A stretch of DNA of 64,000 nt, taken from positions 1 to 64,000 of the IMG/VR virus record IMGVR_UViG_3300020139_000001; one strand, given 5' to 3'. Origin of the DNA: a virus. Numbering within the stretch: the stretch's first letter is position 1; each line of letters starts with the position of its first letter. Shown here in pieces: positions 28,713 to 37,730 of the stretch. The translations under genes were made by a program, and so were the position numbers. The notes beneath the pieces are model-generated. The model made no database searches. It had not been told where the DNA came from and saw nothing but the letters and a program-made list of their open reading frames with translations.

Positions 28713-29072
28713 ATGATACTACGAATATTGACGTTCATATCAGTATACTGGTGTGCACAAGCGAATATCTTGCGTAGTGTTGAGTTCGCATTAGCATTCT
28801 CAATCATAATACTTTTGAACGCAGTTCTGGGATCAACCTATTGGATCGCAAAAAGGATGCCACACGCACTTGATGTACTTGAGGTTCCACCGCAGGTGAA
28901 GAGAGAGTTGAGAGCCTATTTGGGTCCAGCTCCTCTGCTTTGGGTAGTTTGTGCAGGTGGGATAGATGCATGCATTATCTATCTTATCTACAAAACAATA
29001 CCAAACTACGCGATAGGGTACAGTATAGGTTCCGTACTCTACGTACTAGGACGTACTGCAGCTGTTAAATAA
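28713..29072 (+). CDS. Hypothetical membrane protein
   Basis: Three to four hydrophobic segments; SD AAGGAGG. Confidence 0.6.
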   Translation: MILRILTFISVYWCAQANILRSVEFALAFSIIILLNAVLGSTYWIAKRMPHALDVLEVPPQVKRELRAYLGPAPLLWVVCAGGIDACIIYLIYKTIPNYAIGYSIGSVLYVLGRTAAVK

Positions 29073-29187
29073 AATTGACGCTACTACAGCTGCAAATATC
29101 CTTCTAAGTTAAATACCACATATATTACTATAGACATCGACGAGCGCTTAGCGCTCTAAAAAAAATTTGATTCAAAGGAGGTGCGAA

Positions 29188-29799
29188 ATGTTCAGAGTCT
29201 GGCTACAGAGCGAGGGGGGCCTCCTCTGGGAAGATTTAGGCATCTTCTTAGGGGAGTTGAACGTCCTCCCTCAGTGGGCTAAGTGGAAGACAGGCCTCAA
29301 AATCAGAGGAGTATGGAGAGAAAAGATAGGAAGGCCCTTCGAGTTGCCTGCGTACTGGTACGATGCGTACGGGGGTTGGATATGGGCCTACCCCTTAGAG
29401 AACTACAAGGAGTGGGTAGACAAAGCCCTACTGGACGCAGTAGAGAAGGCATCCAAAGGGTACCAGAAGCTTTTTCTCCGTTCCAAAAGCGCTACATGGA
29501 AAGACCTGGGTTGGGTGAGAGGAGAATCTCTCTTACTGCACGAACTAGACAGGCTAGTTCGTGCAGTAAGGAGAAGGGGGGAGAAATTTCCTTCTCCTTA
29601 CCGGGTGACGACGATACCCGCCTTACACCCCTTTTGGGGATGTAAAGAGATGATGAGCGTCGTAGGACGACGGAGAGAACGTATCGCCCTCTTCGGGGGG
29701 GCGCAATACGTGAAATGGCTACAGAGCGAGGCGCACAATATCGAAGTGATGAGGTACAGGGGAGCTATGCTCCCCTCGCAGATTTGCGGTAACAATTGA
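29188..29799 (+). CDS. Hypothetical protein with an internally duplicated domain (paralog of 26444-27112)
   Basis: Two units: FRVWLQS..WEDLG...YKEWVDKAL and KLFLRS..WKDLG...YVKWLQSEA. SD GGAGG. Confidence 0.7.
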   Translation: MFRVWLQSEGGLLWEDLGIFLGELNVLPQWAKWKTGLKIRGVWREKIGRPFELPAYWYDAYGGWIWAYPLENYKEWVDKALLDAVEKASKGYQKLFLRSKSATWKDLGWVRGESLLLHELDRLVRAVRRRGEKFPSPYRVTTIPALHPFWGCKEMMSVVGRRRERIALFGGAQYVKWLQSEAHNIEVMRYRGAMLPSQICGNN

Positions 29800-31035
29800 A
29801 TGATGATGAAATGGAAGACACTTGCACCGCAGTTAGAGAAGATCGAGAGGACGAGAACGTTGTCTCAGAAGGAACAGCTTCTGAGACAAGTTGCGTCCGA
29901 TCCGCTTGGGAGAGAAGTGTTCAAGTATACTTACTCCCCAAAGCTGAGATATTACATCAAGTCTCCCCTACCAGAAAACTACGAGTCTGGCAAAGAGAGG
30001 CTTGATGTAGAGAGACTTTGGAGACTATATACTCAGTTGCTAGAAGAACTAGCACGCATACGCGTACGAACGATACAGATAGTCACCAAAGTCAGACAGT
30101 TCCTGTCGCAAGTTCCCCAACCATATTTAAAGTGGTGGGTCAGAATCCTCAATCGAGACCTAAGACTAGGTGTAGGAGAGGTACTCATAAAGAAGTACTT
30201 TCCTGGAGTACTTCCCGACATAGAAGTAATGAAAGCGTACCTAGTCACTCAGGTCAAGAAACTCCCACCACAAGTCTATATAGAACCAAAATATGATGGC
30301 GTGCGTCTTATCCTAATACAGGATGAGGACTCACTACGAGTATACACACGTAATGGGAGGAGGCAGGAACAGTTAGAGGATGTACTAGAAAAGTGTGGTC
30401 TTCCATTGGGAGTATATGACAGTGAGGGGTTTCTAAAAGATTGGAACACGACAACGTCTGCTCTAGTAAAGGAACCCCATAAGCTAGTCATATATGTATT
30501 CGACTATATCTCTCTGGAAGATTACAGACGAGGGAAAGGTACATCCTTACCACTCAAACGTAGGAAGAAATTGTTGGCTGAAAAGCTAAAGGGCGTACGA
30601 TGCAGGAGCGTACGTCTTGCGGAGTCGTACCTCATAGACTCTACGGACGTCAACAGGATGTATGAGAGGTTCATTAAAACAGGGTATGAGGGTGCTATGA
30701 TCAAAGATCCGGATTCACCGTACGTTCCGTACAGATCGACATACTGGTTGAAGCTGAAAGAAAGAGACGTTGACGTCTACAGAGTGATCGAGGTGCTACC
30801 TGGTACTGGAAAGTACCAGAATGCCCTAGGAGCGATTGTGGTTAGGGCAAAGGACGGGACTACCTTTCGAGTAGGCTCAGGGTTTACAGATAGACAGAGA
30901 GTGGAATTCTGGAGGAATCCTAACGAGATACTCGGAAGGTGTGTGGAAGTGGCCCTCTTCACTTCCGCACAAAAGATGAGTAAAGCCCCCTTCCCTACCT
31001 TCATAAGACTCCGCCCTGACGTAAGCTCCTGCTAG
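29800..31035 (+). CDS. ATP-dependent DNA ligase
   Basis: Motifs EPKYDGVR, YVFD, EGAMIK, WLKLK, VGSGFTD and FPTFIRLRPD. Confidence 0.93.
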   Translation: MMMKWKTLAPQLEKIERTRTLSQKEQLLRQVASDPLGREVFKYTYSPKLRYYIKSPLPENYESGKERLDVERLWRLYTQLLEELARIRVRTIQIVTKVRQFLSQVPQPYLKWWVRILNRDLRLGVGEVLIKKYFPGVLPDIEVMKAYLVTQVKKLPPQVYIEPKYDGVRLILIQDEDSLRVYTRNGRRQEQLEDVLEKCGLPLGVYDSEGFLKDWNTTTSALVKEPHKLVIYVFDYISLEDYRRGKGTSLPLKRRKKLLAEKLKGVRCRSVRLAESYLIDSTDVNRMYERFIKTGYEGAMIKDPDSPYVPYRSTYWLKLKERDVDVYRVIEVLPGTGKYQNALGAIVVRAKDGTTFRVGSGFTDRQRVEFWRNPNEILGRCVEVALFTSAQKMSKAPFPTFIRLRPDVSSC

Positions 31036-31289
31036 TACCAGTCCTCTCGTGTGCATGAGGAGAGAATGCTCATGTCGCACTGCCCCTTCGCGGCTTGCTG
31101 CCAGTCGCGATTGACCGAAGGCGGTCCAGGTAAAAAGGAGCCGTAGTAGTTTGCTTGTGGCTGAAGTACAATGACGGAGCCGCCACAAGTACACTGAGGT
31201 CTCCCGTGGGGGAGTGATCGTCTATACCTTGGGTATAGACCACGTCCTTAACTACTACACTCCTCTGCACAATTCGAGGAGGACAGGTA
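31036..31289 (+). ncRNA. Unclassified ~255-nt highly structured RNA element (ncRNA or long 5' UTR)
   Basis: Long-range pairings 31041-31062/31260-31284, 31143-31151/31250-31258 and 31152-31161/31182-31191, plus several internal hairpins. No credible ORF. Confidence 0.7.
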
Positions 31290-31291
31290 GC

Positions 31292-31381
31292 ATGAACCCC
31301 AGGACCAAAAGAATTCTGGGCATCATTGCTTACGTGTGCATTATCATAGCACGTATAATACTAGAGATACTTCCAGCGTAA
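31292..31381 (+). CDS. 29-aa hydrophobic peptide MNPRTKRILGIIAYVCIIIARIILEILPA (not in ORF track)
   Basis: SD GAGGAGG at 31276-31282; basic N-terminus followed by one TM helix. Confidence 0.6.
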   Translation: MNPRTKRILGIIAYVCIIIARIILEILPA

Positions 31382-31449
31382 GCAAGATGCTCGAAAAAAA
31401 AGATCTTTCTATCTATAACTTTAACTTTGTAGACATCAGGCGACTAGTA

Positions 31450-31504
31450 CAAAAAAGTCTCAATATAGGAGAGCGTACAGCTCTCCTATATTGAGACTTT
31501 TTTG
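31450..31504. terminator. Bidirectional terminator between convergent transcription units
   Basis: Perfect 25-bp inverted repeat CAAAAAAGTCTCAATATAGGAGAGC-gtaca-GCTCTCCTATATTGAGACTTTTTTG. Confidence 0.9.
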
Positions 31505-31520
31505 CGTAAACGATCGTACT

Positions 31521-32345
31521 CTAATACTCTGACTCTACCTCTGAAGGCTTAGCTTGTCGTAGAATCGTTACAACACTCTGTACTAGATTATCGTGTTTCT
31601 TCCTCAAGACCTCTAGTACAGGACTACCTATTATTATACGATCATAATTAAAGGTGGTGGACAGTTTGCGAGTGTCATAAGAAGAGACGTCGAGGACCAT
31701 AGAAGACAGTGGCACAGTAGACGGATATACCCCTACTAGCAAGATAGCATATGTTAAGTGAATACTGGGTGTGAAAACCAAGACTAATAAGTTTGTCTTG
31801 AAGACGGGAGAACTAGCCACTGTCTTCAAGTCTGGATTCACTGTACCAACACCATAGTACGCAGTCGACCTATCACGATCCACCCTATATAGAGCCCGTG
31901 GAAACTGTCTATATTGTGGAAGACTGTAGTGCCACACTGTGAGCAAATTCAACACTCTACTATACTCGTCATCTACCAATATGAGTTCCACAGAAGAATC
32001 ATACACTGCGCGTGTAGGCATATGGTATGCAGTATCGTTGAATCCTCTCCACACCATTGTGCTCTCTACATTGATATTTTGAAATGAAATTTGTTGTATG
32101 CTAGATAAGAACCACCACCCATAAGAGTCAGCTTCTAATATCCTACCCACTATAGAGTTTTCTGGCACTTCTAAGAGAGCACAATAGAATCCATCTATAG
32201 CAGGAGTAGCTATCTCGGAGGTAACACCTAACTGGTACTCGTGGAAGGATTCCTGAGGACTACTACTAGGAGTAGCAGTACGTACTTCGCTAACATAATA
32301 GGGATCTCTTCTAAGAGAGATACTCTGAAGAATAGGAAAGTCCAT
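31521..32345 (-). CDS. Tail-tube-fold protein (gp19/gp54-like paralog)
   Basis: Aligns by eye with 43847-44521 (..W..., L.GV(Y/W)P..(V/L)P.S...DV....(L/F)..T...D). Adjacent to the sheath gene. Confidence 0.6.
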   Translation of the reverse strand: MDFPILQSISLRRDPYYVSEVRTATPSSSPQESFHEYQLGVTSEIATPAIDGFYCALLEVPENSIVGRILEADSYGWWFLSSIQQISFQNINVESTMVWRGFNDTAYHMPTRAVYDSSVELILVDDEYSRVLNLLTVWHYSLPQYRQFPRALYRVDRDRSTAYYGVGTVNPDLKTVASSPVFKTNLLVLVFTPSIHLTYAILLVGVYPSTVPLSSMVLDVSSYDTRKLSTTFNYDRIIIGSPVLEVLRKKHDNLVQSVVTILRQAKPSEVESEY

Positions 32346-32354
32346 AGCTCCTTC

Positions 32355-34868
32355 TTAGCTTACAATAAAGTTCAGCAGAATACGCTCAACCACTCTTGTA
32401 GGTTTTATGTAGACGTTCACGTGGAATGTCTTCCGAACTAGCTCGTACTCGTTTGCACCTACCTCTACAGAGTACTCGTACAGTCCTCTCCGAGATTGTA
32501 CATCAGCAAGCACTCCTTCTACAGCCACTCTTGCTCTATTCCAAGTAAAGCTATCATTCTGTTCAAAGAGGAACTCACTTAGCGTTCTAGAGATAACCTT
32601 TCTGAGGTACAGTATCAATCTCACGATGTTGACATCAGACAACGCAGACTGCTTACGTTGAGTAGTTAGTTGGCCGTAGACCATGTATCTCTTATTCTTG
32701 TATACTATGGGATTGACTTGGTTGAGATAGAGCAGGTCCAACTCCCCACTAGTTGCATTGAACAGCAACTGTTCTGGGGGAGCAATTGTACCTCTCTGTG
32801 GACCTGCAGGTGCGAACCATATCTCTGCCACCATATCATTATATGGTATTACTCGTGAGAGGAAATAGGATGGAGCAAGAGTTACAACTCTACCTTCGAA
32901 GGTAGAGTATACTTTTACGAATGGAGTATAGAGAGCACAGAGCCAAGAGTTATAAGCATATGCACCATTCCTCTCTTCAATTGTCTGGTCTACGTCTATC
33001 GTTTTGGGGAGATCGAGTATAGCAAAACAATCTCCTCTAACCTCACACAATTCAATAAGAGCATTCTTGATTGGTTTGGAGAATCCTGCATCTAGAACTA
33101 TAGAGATGTCGTTATCCTCTGAATCGATAACTCTAGGATCATACAAGCCAGTAAGAGCATTAGCAAAGACTTTGTTCATAACTGAGGGATTTGCATGAAT
33201 GCCATCGACGGAGATCATACAACCCTCATGTCCTCCTCCAAGTTGTAGTACCTGACCACTAATGGCTTTTGAAGTTTGAGCATCGATCAATACGAGCTGT
33301 GACACAATCCTATCTAACATGGTAGGTGCAGAGTCAGGATCCAAAGGAACGAACTTAGTACTAGGAATTGGTACACCATCGTAGTTGTAGTAAGTGGCTA
33401 TAGGATCGTAGGTAGTTCTAAGCATATTCAGCAATGGACGGTTGCAGTAAACTTGTATGTATTTGGAGTACCTATTAACTACATCCTCTATGAAAGTGCT
33501 GTTGCCCATACCGTCAACAGCAGTGGGATCAAAGCTAACTGTAAACTTCTCTAGATCGATAGAGGACCGTGTAAGTGGATCCTTTGATCCAACAGTGAGT
33601 TCAACATGTCCTGGCATACGCGCATCTCTAGAGAAATACACGTACAGATCGTTGTAGTATTGTCCTCTCCCTTTGGCTGCAATTATGAACACAGGATCAA
33701 CATACTGTGTACCTTGTAACGTACGAGAGCCATAGCTTGTGTCTAGTACTTGTGAGGTTGTCTGAAGAGACTGGACATAGTACGTTGTAGTCGCCGTTGC
33801 CCTAATGTTGTGATCAATCTTAGTGTCTGTCTCAGGATCTAGGTACTTCTTCCTAGTTCTGGTAAGGAGGATGGGGCCCGATATGTTGACGACAATAGTA
33901 GAGGGAATAGGTATATCCACTAATATAATCACACAGTCTCCACTAGGTCCCTCTTGCCACTCTCCAGGTCCAAGTTCGTTTCCGTTGAGGAGAACTGTGA
34001 CTTGTCCTTGTCCAGGAACGAATCTGTTGGACAGGTCAATCGTTGTAGGCGCAGGTATAATGTCTCCTTCTGTAAAGGTAAATGTCTCTGTGACAAAGTG
34101 TGTTAACTGCTGATGCTCTGCAAGTGTTCTAGTAGGAGTAGCACTAAAGTAGACAGGTACGTAACGCTCGAAAGGACTACCGATTTCAAGAGTTCTAGCT
34201 TGAGGAGTAAGCTTGAATACGGCAACTACTTGTCCTGCGGTATAACTACCAGGTAAGAAAATCTCATTGGATACCGAACCTTGGCTACCAACAGGGCTCC
34301 ACTGTACAGGTCCGCTACTGTCTACATATACATGGAACTCACTCTCACCTACAACATAGTTCATGTTAGGATTAGAGAAGGTAATGGTGACGCCTTCAGG
34401 ATAGTTCCGTGTTAATTGAATACTTTCGTTCGCTGCAAATAACTTTTTCTGAAATTCGAGCCCATCATAGCCGTTAACATCAGAAAATACTCTAATACAG
34501 ACGATAGCATTTGCAAACGTAGCCGGTTTATCGATCCAATAGTGTGAAGGAGATGTTGGGTGTGTTAACGTACCTGCGTCTAGTAGTTCTGCGGTGTCCT
34601 CAAGTGTAGGTAAGGGACGAATCACATATAAGTTTCCACTGAGACTAAGCCAATTGAAAGCATTATACAGTGATTGTCCGTACTTCTCAAGATTGGGTGA
34701 GCCGAAGTCGTTGATGAGTTCGCTCTGAGAAGCAACAAAGGTTAATGTGTTGTCTATACCGTAAGGGGACAGTATAGGAATGAAGCCTACTGTTCCTGGT
34801 ACGGGAGTTGCAAAAAGAGACTGATCGATGATCTTAGTATATACACCAGGGGCTATTTGTGTTGGCAT
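32355..34868 (-). CDS. Contractile tail sheath protein (gp18-like)
   Basis: APGVYTKIIDQS start, AKGRGQYYN, RGDCFAILD, WFAPAGPQRG, QVNPI, VNIVRL and FLFEQND. Confidence 0.93.
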   Translation of the reverse strand: MPTQIAPGVYTKIIDQSLFATPVPGTVGFIPILSPYGIDNTLTFVASQSELINDFGSPNLEKYGQSLYNAFNWLSLSGNLYVIRPLPTLEDTAELLDAGTLTHPTSPSHYWIDKPATFANAIVCIRVFSDVNGYDGLEFQKKLFAANESIQLTRNYPEGVTITFSNPNMNYVVGESEFHVYVDSSGPVQWSPVGSQGSVSNEIFLPGSYTAGQVVAVFKLTPQARTLEIGSPFERYVPVYFSATPTRTLAEHQQLTHFVTETFTFTEGDIIPAPTTIDLSNRFVPGQGQVTVLLNGNELGPGEWQEGPSGDCVIILVDIPIPSTIVVNISGPILLTRTRKKYLDPETDTKIDHNIRATATTTYYVQSLQTTSQVLDTSYGSRTLQGTQYVDPVFIIAAKGRGQYYNDLYVYFSRDARMPGHVELTVGSKDPLTRSSIDLEKFTVSFDPTAVDGMGNSTFIEDVVNRYSKYIQVYCNRPLLNMLRTTYDPIATYYNYDGVPIPSTKFVPLDPDSAPTMLDRIVSQLVLIDAQTSKAISGQVLQLGGGHEGCMISVDGIHANPSVMNKVFANALTGLYDPRVIDSEDNDISIVLDAGFSKPIKNALIELCEVRGDCFAILDLPKTIDVDQTIEERNGAYAYNSWLCALYTPFVKVYSTFEGRVVTLAPSYFLSRVIPYNDMVAEIWFAPAGPQRGTIAPPEQLLFNATSGELDLLYLNQVNPIVYKNKRYMVYGQLTTQRKQSALSDVNIVRLILYLRKVISRTLSEFLFEQNDSFTWNRARVAVEGVLADVQSRRGLYEYSVEVGANEYELVRKTFHVNVYIKPTRVVERILLNFIVS

Positions 34869-34900
34869 CTAGAGAGCACCTCCTTATGATACTTTCTGTT

Positions 34901-34910
34901 ATTTGTTCAC
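34901..34910 (-). promoter_or_regulatory. Putative late promoter motif GTGAACAAAT
   Basis: Identical to 7391-7400; ends about 32 nt upstream of the sheath ATG. Confidence 0.6.
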
Positions 34911-34924
34911 TAAAGTAGTAGATA

Positions 34925-35416
34925 CTAGAAGAACAGGTGCCAAAAGATCTTTTGAGATCTGGAGGTATCTTTCGTGATGGAGGGGAATGTAATACGTGCA
35001 AAGAGTTGAAAGCTCGTAGGGTTAGATAAACTGTTAGTTACAAACAATCCAGCTTCGCTATATTTAAAGAGAGGAGGTCCATCGGTTGTGCTAATATCCA
35101 ACGCTATCACAGACTGTAGATCTGTAATATGTGTAACGCTCGTGATAGCTTTCTTCCTACCACCATCAGGGTAATTAGCATCGAGTACGATGGGTGAATA
35201 CAAGTCAGTGTCAGATTCTTGTGGTGCTATCGGAATGAGATCGTTACTAGGATCTACACCACCGCTACCTATACCAAAGAAGCCGAACTTCCAAGTACGG
35301 TAGGTTCCATGATTAGTCACCACATGTTGCGTGAACCTTCGTCCGTGCAGGACAACCATATTGTATCCTTCGTATATGAGTTTACCTTCCTCGTATATCT
35401 GTACTAAATTCCTCAT
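34925..35416 (-). CDS. Baseplate / tail-fibre attachment protein
   Basis: NMVVLHGR, FGIGSGG, EAGLF, LFARITFPSITK pattern typical of myovirus baseplate and fibre-proximal proteins. Confidence 0.6.
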   Translation of the reverse strand: MRNLVQIYEEGKLIYEGYNMVVLHGRRFTQHVVTNHGTYRTWKFGFFGIGSGGVDPSNDLIPIAPQESDTDLYSPIVLDANYPDGGRKKAITSVTHITDLQSVIALDISTTDGPPLFKYSEAGLFVTNSLSNPTSFQLFARITFPSITKDTSRSQKIFWHLFF

Positions 35417-35432
35417 TCTTTTCCTCCTAAAC

Positions 35433-37730
35433 TTAGTTCTGGAACACTAGGAAGTTGTATTCGGGTTCTCCGTTCCTATAGCTTTGTATAATCACTAAAT
35501 CGTCTCCATAACGTGCGTAATAGGATACATCAGAAGAGAACACTAGATCTCTCAACACACGTTGTCCATAGAGATCAAACGATCGTATCCTAAGTTGTAC
35601 TTCCTCAGGATAAGAGGATGGTGGAGAATCAACTATGGGGTAGTTCACACCATCACTTCCTCTTACGTAGCCAACTTGAGGTGCCAATAGTGATTTGATG
35701 GATTCAGCAAGTGTAGCTTCCACTAGATGCCATGTCCACGCTTCGTGCCTATAGGTAGGACCTACTGTTACCTCCGTCTCTGTTTCTGATACTAGAGGCA
35801 AGGTTTGGAGAGGAGCATAGTGTGTAGTATCTAGTTCCCATATAGGATAGGCTGTCCTTTGGTCATGTATGGGATAGGTTCTTGTTGATATATGAGGAAA
35901 CATTATGTAGGAGCCTTCGTTCAACTGCAAGCCTTGGTTTAAGCTTGTCCAATACTGATCCAAGTTGTACAGTTCCTGACGAGTTATCTTAGGAAAAGTA
36001 TAGGGGGCCGAGAGATACTTCTGCTGTCCTACCACTAATGCAGAATCGAAATATACCATCTCTTCAATCCTATCGAGAGGTGCTTTAGTTCGTAACCAGT
36101 TCTCCACTATATTATCAACTACGAGCCAATACACAGGAATGTCTCCCAAAGGTCTAGCATACACAGGTTTTAGGAAGTGTACAATCTCTTGGAACCCTCT
36201 CAACGTAGGATGCAAGTACACTAAAGCAGATAGGGATAGTGACTGAGCCAACACACTTAGTATAGTGCCTATCCAAGAAGAGATTTGTAAGGCTACCTGA
36301 TCTTTGATCCAAGGATCAGTGATTGTGGAGAACTGAGATTCGATATGCACAAGAAAGTCCCACACGACAGGACTGAGCCTCTTTACCAATTCCTCGAAGA
36401 TCTTCCAAGGATCACGATACTGTGGCTTCCAATTCAGTCCCAACTTGTCTATCCAGAATGGTAAATAGGAGTCAACCTCAACTTGAGTTTGCTCTCTACT
36501 CTGTGGAAGCACAACGTTGTAATACTCGTCGTACGTAGTAGATAGTGAAGGTGTAGGATAACTATCATAAAACAATTGTACCATACTACGAGTTCTCGCG
36601 AGTATCAACCAAGCAGGTGCAGACTCAAGAACAACGGCAGCAATTGAATGCAAAATAGGATCTTTTTCTGGTGAGTAGCGCTCCCAATGCTGTACTATGT
36701 ACAGATAAAGGTCAACAGGCTTAACTTGACGTATGGACACTTGATGAGTGTATAAGAAGTCGGTAATGACCTCATACAAAGATGCATCAGTGAGAGACAA
36801 CTTCTGCTTGAGTACTTCCAACAATACGTTCCTCGATAGAGGAGCTTCATCGATAGAGGAGACCTTAGGATAAAAGAGATAGTACAGATGTACGTTCAGA
36901 TTACCTAAGTCCTCATAAAAGAACTGTACGTCGTTCCATCGAGTGGCGTCATAGTGATAGTACTTATTTAGGATGTAGTAGAGTCCCTTACAAAGAAAGA
37001 CGCATTCGGAGACGCTTAGAAATGTAGGCCAGAATGGTATTGTAATAGACCTAACGGGTGGATTGCCTGTTTCCAAAGTCTCTAACACTTCCAAGTCTGC
37101 AAACACTTGAAGAGTAAGTACTTCAACACAAACATCGAGGAAGTGCATAGGATATAGTACGGAGAAGTAAGAAGTACGAACAGGAAAACTATGAATAGTG
37201 TCTAGTGGTATTCTCCACAGCGGATCTCCCAAAAGTACAGAGGTTGGATACTTGAGCTCAGGTAGTTTCTCACCTTTATATACTCCCATCAACCAATCGG
37301 GGCTAACTAACTCAATCTCAACCAATTGGACTTCTTTCATAGTGTACAAGTAAGCTATCAACTGTTCCAGAGTCTCTAGTGTTCCTTTTTGTTTATAGAC
37401 AGAGGCTAATAATGGTGACAAGCGCTTAACATGTGTATCCTCTAGAGAGGGGGTAGGTGTGAAGCCGAAACTTCGTAGCCACTCTCGCAAGTAGTCTATT
37501 CCGCCTAAGGCCTTACGTGCAGAGAAGTCTGTGATCGTTTTGAGAGTAGCTATCCAAGTAGCGATGTTGGAAATAAGTGTGGGATTCTCGTAGGAGGGTA
37601 TAACAAGCTTCTCTTTGATCAGTCTCTCATGAGTGTCTCTATGTATTAGGAACCAACGATATATCTCATCGTCCTCTCTAGCTTCCTCTACAGATCTCAA
37701 CACACGTTTGACAACCTTAGAGAGATCCAT
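35433..37730 (-). CDS. Putative baseplate wedge protein
   Basis: LRSFGF...YKQKGTLETLEQL and HFLKP motifs; tail context. Confidence 0.5.
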   Translation of the reverse strand: MDLSKVVKRVLRSVEEAREDDEIYRWFLIHRDTHERLIKEKLVIPSYENPTLISNIATWIATLKTITDFSARKALGGIDYLREWLRSFGFTPTPSLEDTHVKRLSPLLASVYKQKGTLETLEQLIAYLYTMKEVQLVEIELVSPDWLMGVYKGEKLPELKYPTSVLLGDPLWRIPLDTIHSFPVRTSYFSVLYPMHFLDVCVEVLTLQVFADLEVLETLETGNPPVRSITIPFWPTFLSVSECVFLCKGLYYILNKYYHYDATRWNDVQFFYEDLGNLNVHLYYLFYPKVSSIDEAPLSRNVLLEVLKQKLSLTDASLYEVITDFLYTHQVSIRQVKPVDLYLYIVQHWERYSPEKDPILHSIAAVVLESAPAWLILARTRSMVQLFYDSYPTPSLSTTYDEYYNVVLPQSREQTQVEVDSYLPFWIDKLGLNWKPQYRDPWKIFEELVKRLSPVVWDFLVHIESQFSTITDPWIKDQVALQISSWIGTILSVLAQSLSLSALVYLHPTLRGFQEIVHFLKPVYARPLGDIPVYWLVVDNIVENWLRTKAPLDRIEEMVYFDSALVVGQQKYLSAPYTFPKITRQELYNLDQYWTSLNQGLQLNEGSYIMFPHISTRTYPIHDQRTAYPIWELDTTHYAPLQTLPLVSETETEVTVGPTYRHEAWTWHLVEATLAESIKSLLAPQVGYVRGSDGVNYPIVDSPPSSYPEEVQLRIRSFDLYGQRVLRDLVFSSDVSYYARYGDDLVIIQSYRNGEPEYNFLVFQN

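Noticed and set aside
31122-31150. Resemblance of GGTCCAGGTAAAAAGGAGCC to SRP helix 8, of GAGCCGTA to group II intron domain V, and of ACTGCCCC (31079) to a cobalamin riboswitch
   Set aside because: The required context is missing in each case: no stem-GNRA cap or AGCAG for SRP, no local domain V hairpin, and no B12 box. The element is left unclassified.
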